A stretch of DNA of 59,615 bases from Craspedostauros australis (lineage: Eukaryota). The position numbers and the translations under genes were made by a program. Of this stretch, positions 58,260 to 59,615 are shown piece after piece. Numbering within the stretch: the first letter of the stretch is position 1; each line of letters starts with the position of its first letter. The DNA is taken from the NCBI GenBank assembly GCA_030167865.1, contig JALAGF010005194.1, positions 1 through 59,615 on the forward strand, given 5' to 3'. The notes under the pieces were generated by a model. The model was given only the letters and a program-made list of their open reading frames with translations, was not told the origin of the DNA and did no database searches.

Positions 58260-59615
58260 CTTGGTGGTTTGCTTGTGCTGTTACTGATTGCTACGGGTAT
58301 GGTTGTGTTTGATTGAGTGTGTGTGTATGTGTGTATCTATTCGACGAGGAAGAGCAGAGCAGGAGGACATGCGATGGCATGGAAGTGGCAATGATCACAA
58401 GCCGCGTCAGCGATTGGCGAGAAGGCGGTACCGCGAGTGTTGAGGGTTGGCGTTGGCAGAGATGAGCAAGAAAGAGGAGACGGAGAGGCAGACAATGAAG
58501 AGGAAAGGATGGTGAGTGCGACATATGATGCGATGTGATACGGTGTGCGCTTGTGTGGATGAGGGTTGATAAGGGCGCCGTCGTGGGTCTGCATGTGCTT
58601 GGGGGCGGTGTGGTCATGGTGTTTGGCTTTGCTTACCTGCTTTGTGTGGGTTTTATGGTGATCTGTTGGGTGCTTGTTTTTTGTTGGTGTGTTTGTGTTG
58701 TGTTCGTGTTGGGCGTTTCGCTTGTTTTGTCTGACGTGCGGAATTATGATGGCAAGCTGTTTGTTGTCTCGGATTGTCAGCGTGTGTTCTGCGTGAGCAC
58801 CTATTGGCGTTGTGTGTGTGGTTAGCGTGAACAGATCGTCCTCGTGTTGCGCCACACAGTGTTGCACGCTCTGCTGCAGCGTACTACGACGTGCAATGCT
58901 CCCTCCTGTTTTCAACGCACGACAAACACAGCACCACGTAAAAAGGCGTGGTTGAGGCTGACTCGCGAAGTGGCTCGGTGAAGCGCGGATTCCCAATTTG
59001 TCCTACCGATGGTTTTACGTCCACTCAACGGAAGAAGAATGGACCGCAATGCGAACGATGGTGTCTCGAGAAACAACGCAGCCCCCCTCGGCGGAATACA
59101 GGCGTGGACATATTGCGTCCGCCCAAAATGTCCATCCCGAGTTTCACGATCGTTTTCTGTGCGCTTTTGTGTGTTGGCGACAGTACCGATTTGTCCGTCC
59201 AAAGAGCATACGCCCACTGCGCGCGCCGGCATGACGAACCAGCATGTCAGAACGGAAAGGACGACAATTTGGTTTCGTCGTGATGCGCCTCGATTGGTCT
59301 TCTTGAAGCTCTATGTTCGGCGTTCGTGAGTTCGGCAGTTCGTGTTTGTCTGTCTGTGGAATGGTGAGGGCCGCAAAGATGCGTCTGCCTGCCTGCCCGC
59401 TGGTTCCGTTTTGTCGCATTCTGATTCCCTGTTTCGCATTCTTGTTGATTGGTTGGTTGGTTGGCTCTTTGTGCATTTTCTTCTTTGGAACTCAGTCGAA
59501 TGGGTCACTTTCCAGCGGAAACTGGATGGCACAGGGACACCCGGCAAAAAGCAACGGAAACGAAAATCGACTAGTACGACTAATTCGACACCCAAGAACG
59601 ATTTTGTCACTCAGA

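Overview
Eukaryotic genomic DNA, most likely a diatom (inferred from bipartite signal + ASAF-type plastid presequences, a stand-alone HA-domain protein, GT-AG introns and CAG/CAA/AG microsatellites). There is one assembly gap at 202-312. About 13 well-supported genes and 3 weaker ones: MATH-BTB adaptor, ABC1/UbiB kinase, HA-domain protein, three plastid-targeted proteins, TMEM151 homologue, FAH-family hydrolase, a 3-exon glycosyltransferase fusion, a His-rich/poly-Cys membrane protein, a very large dCache + class C GPCR-like receptor, a 'GDxP-GPP-IGW' family protein and a PES-like hydrolase-acyltransferase. Several gene models had to be rebuilt across introns that the ORF track misses. The most striking candidates are (1) a degenerate ppGalNAc-transferase (GT27)-like domain fused to a core-1 galactosyltransferase (GT31)-like domain, (2) a membrane protein with a 24-His N-terminus and a 27-Cys tail, (3) a GPCR-like receptor carrying a bacterial-type amino-acid-sensing Cache motif and EPHE repeats, and (4) an over-represented non-coding octamer TACTCGTA. 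I found no rRNA, tRNA, CRISPR array or recognisable mobile element. All family calls come from motif recognition by eye, not database searches.
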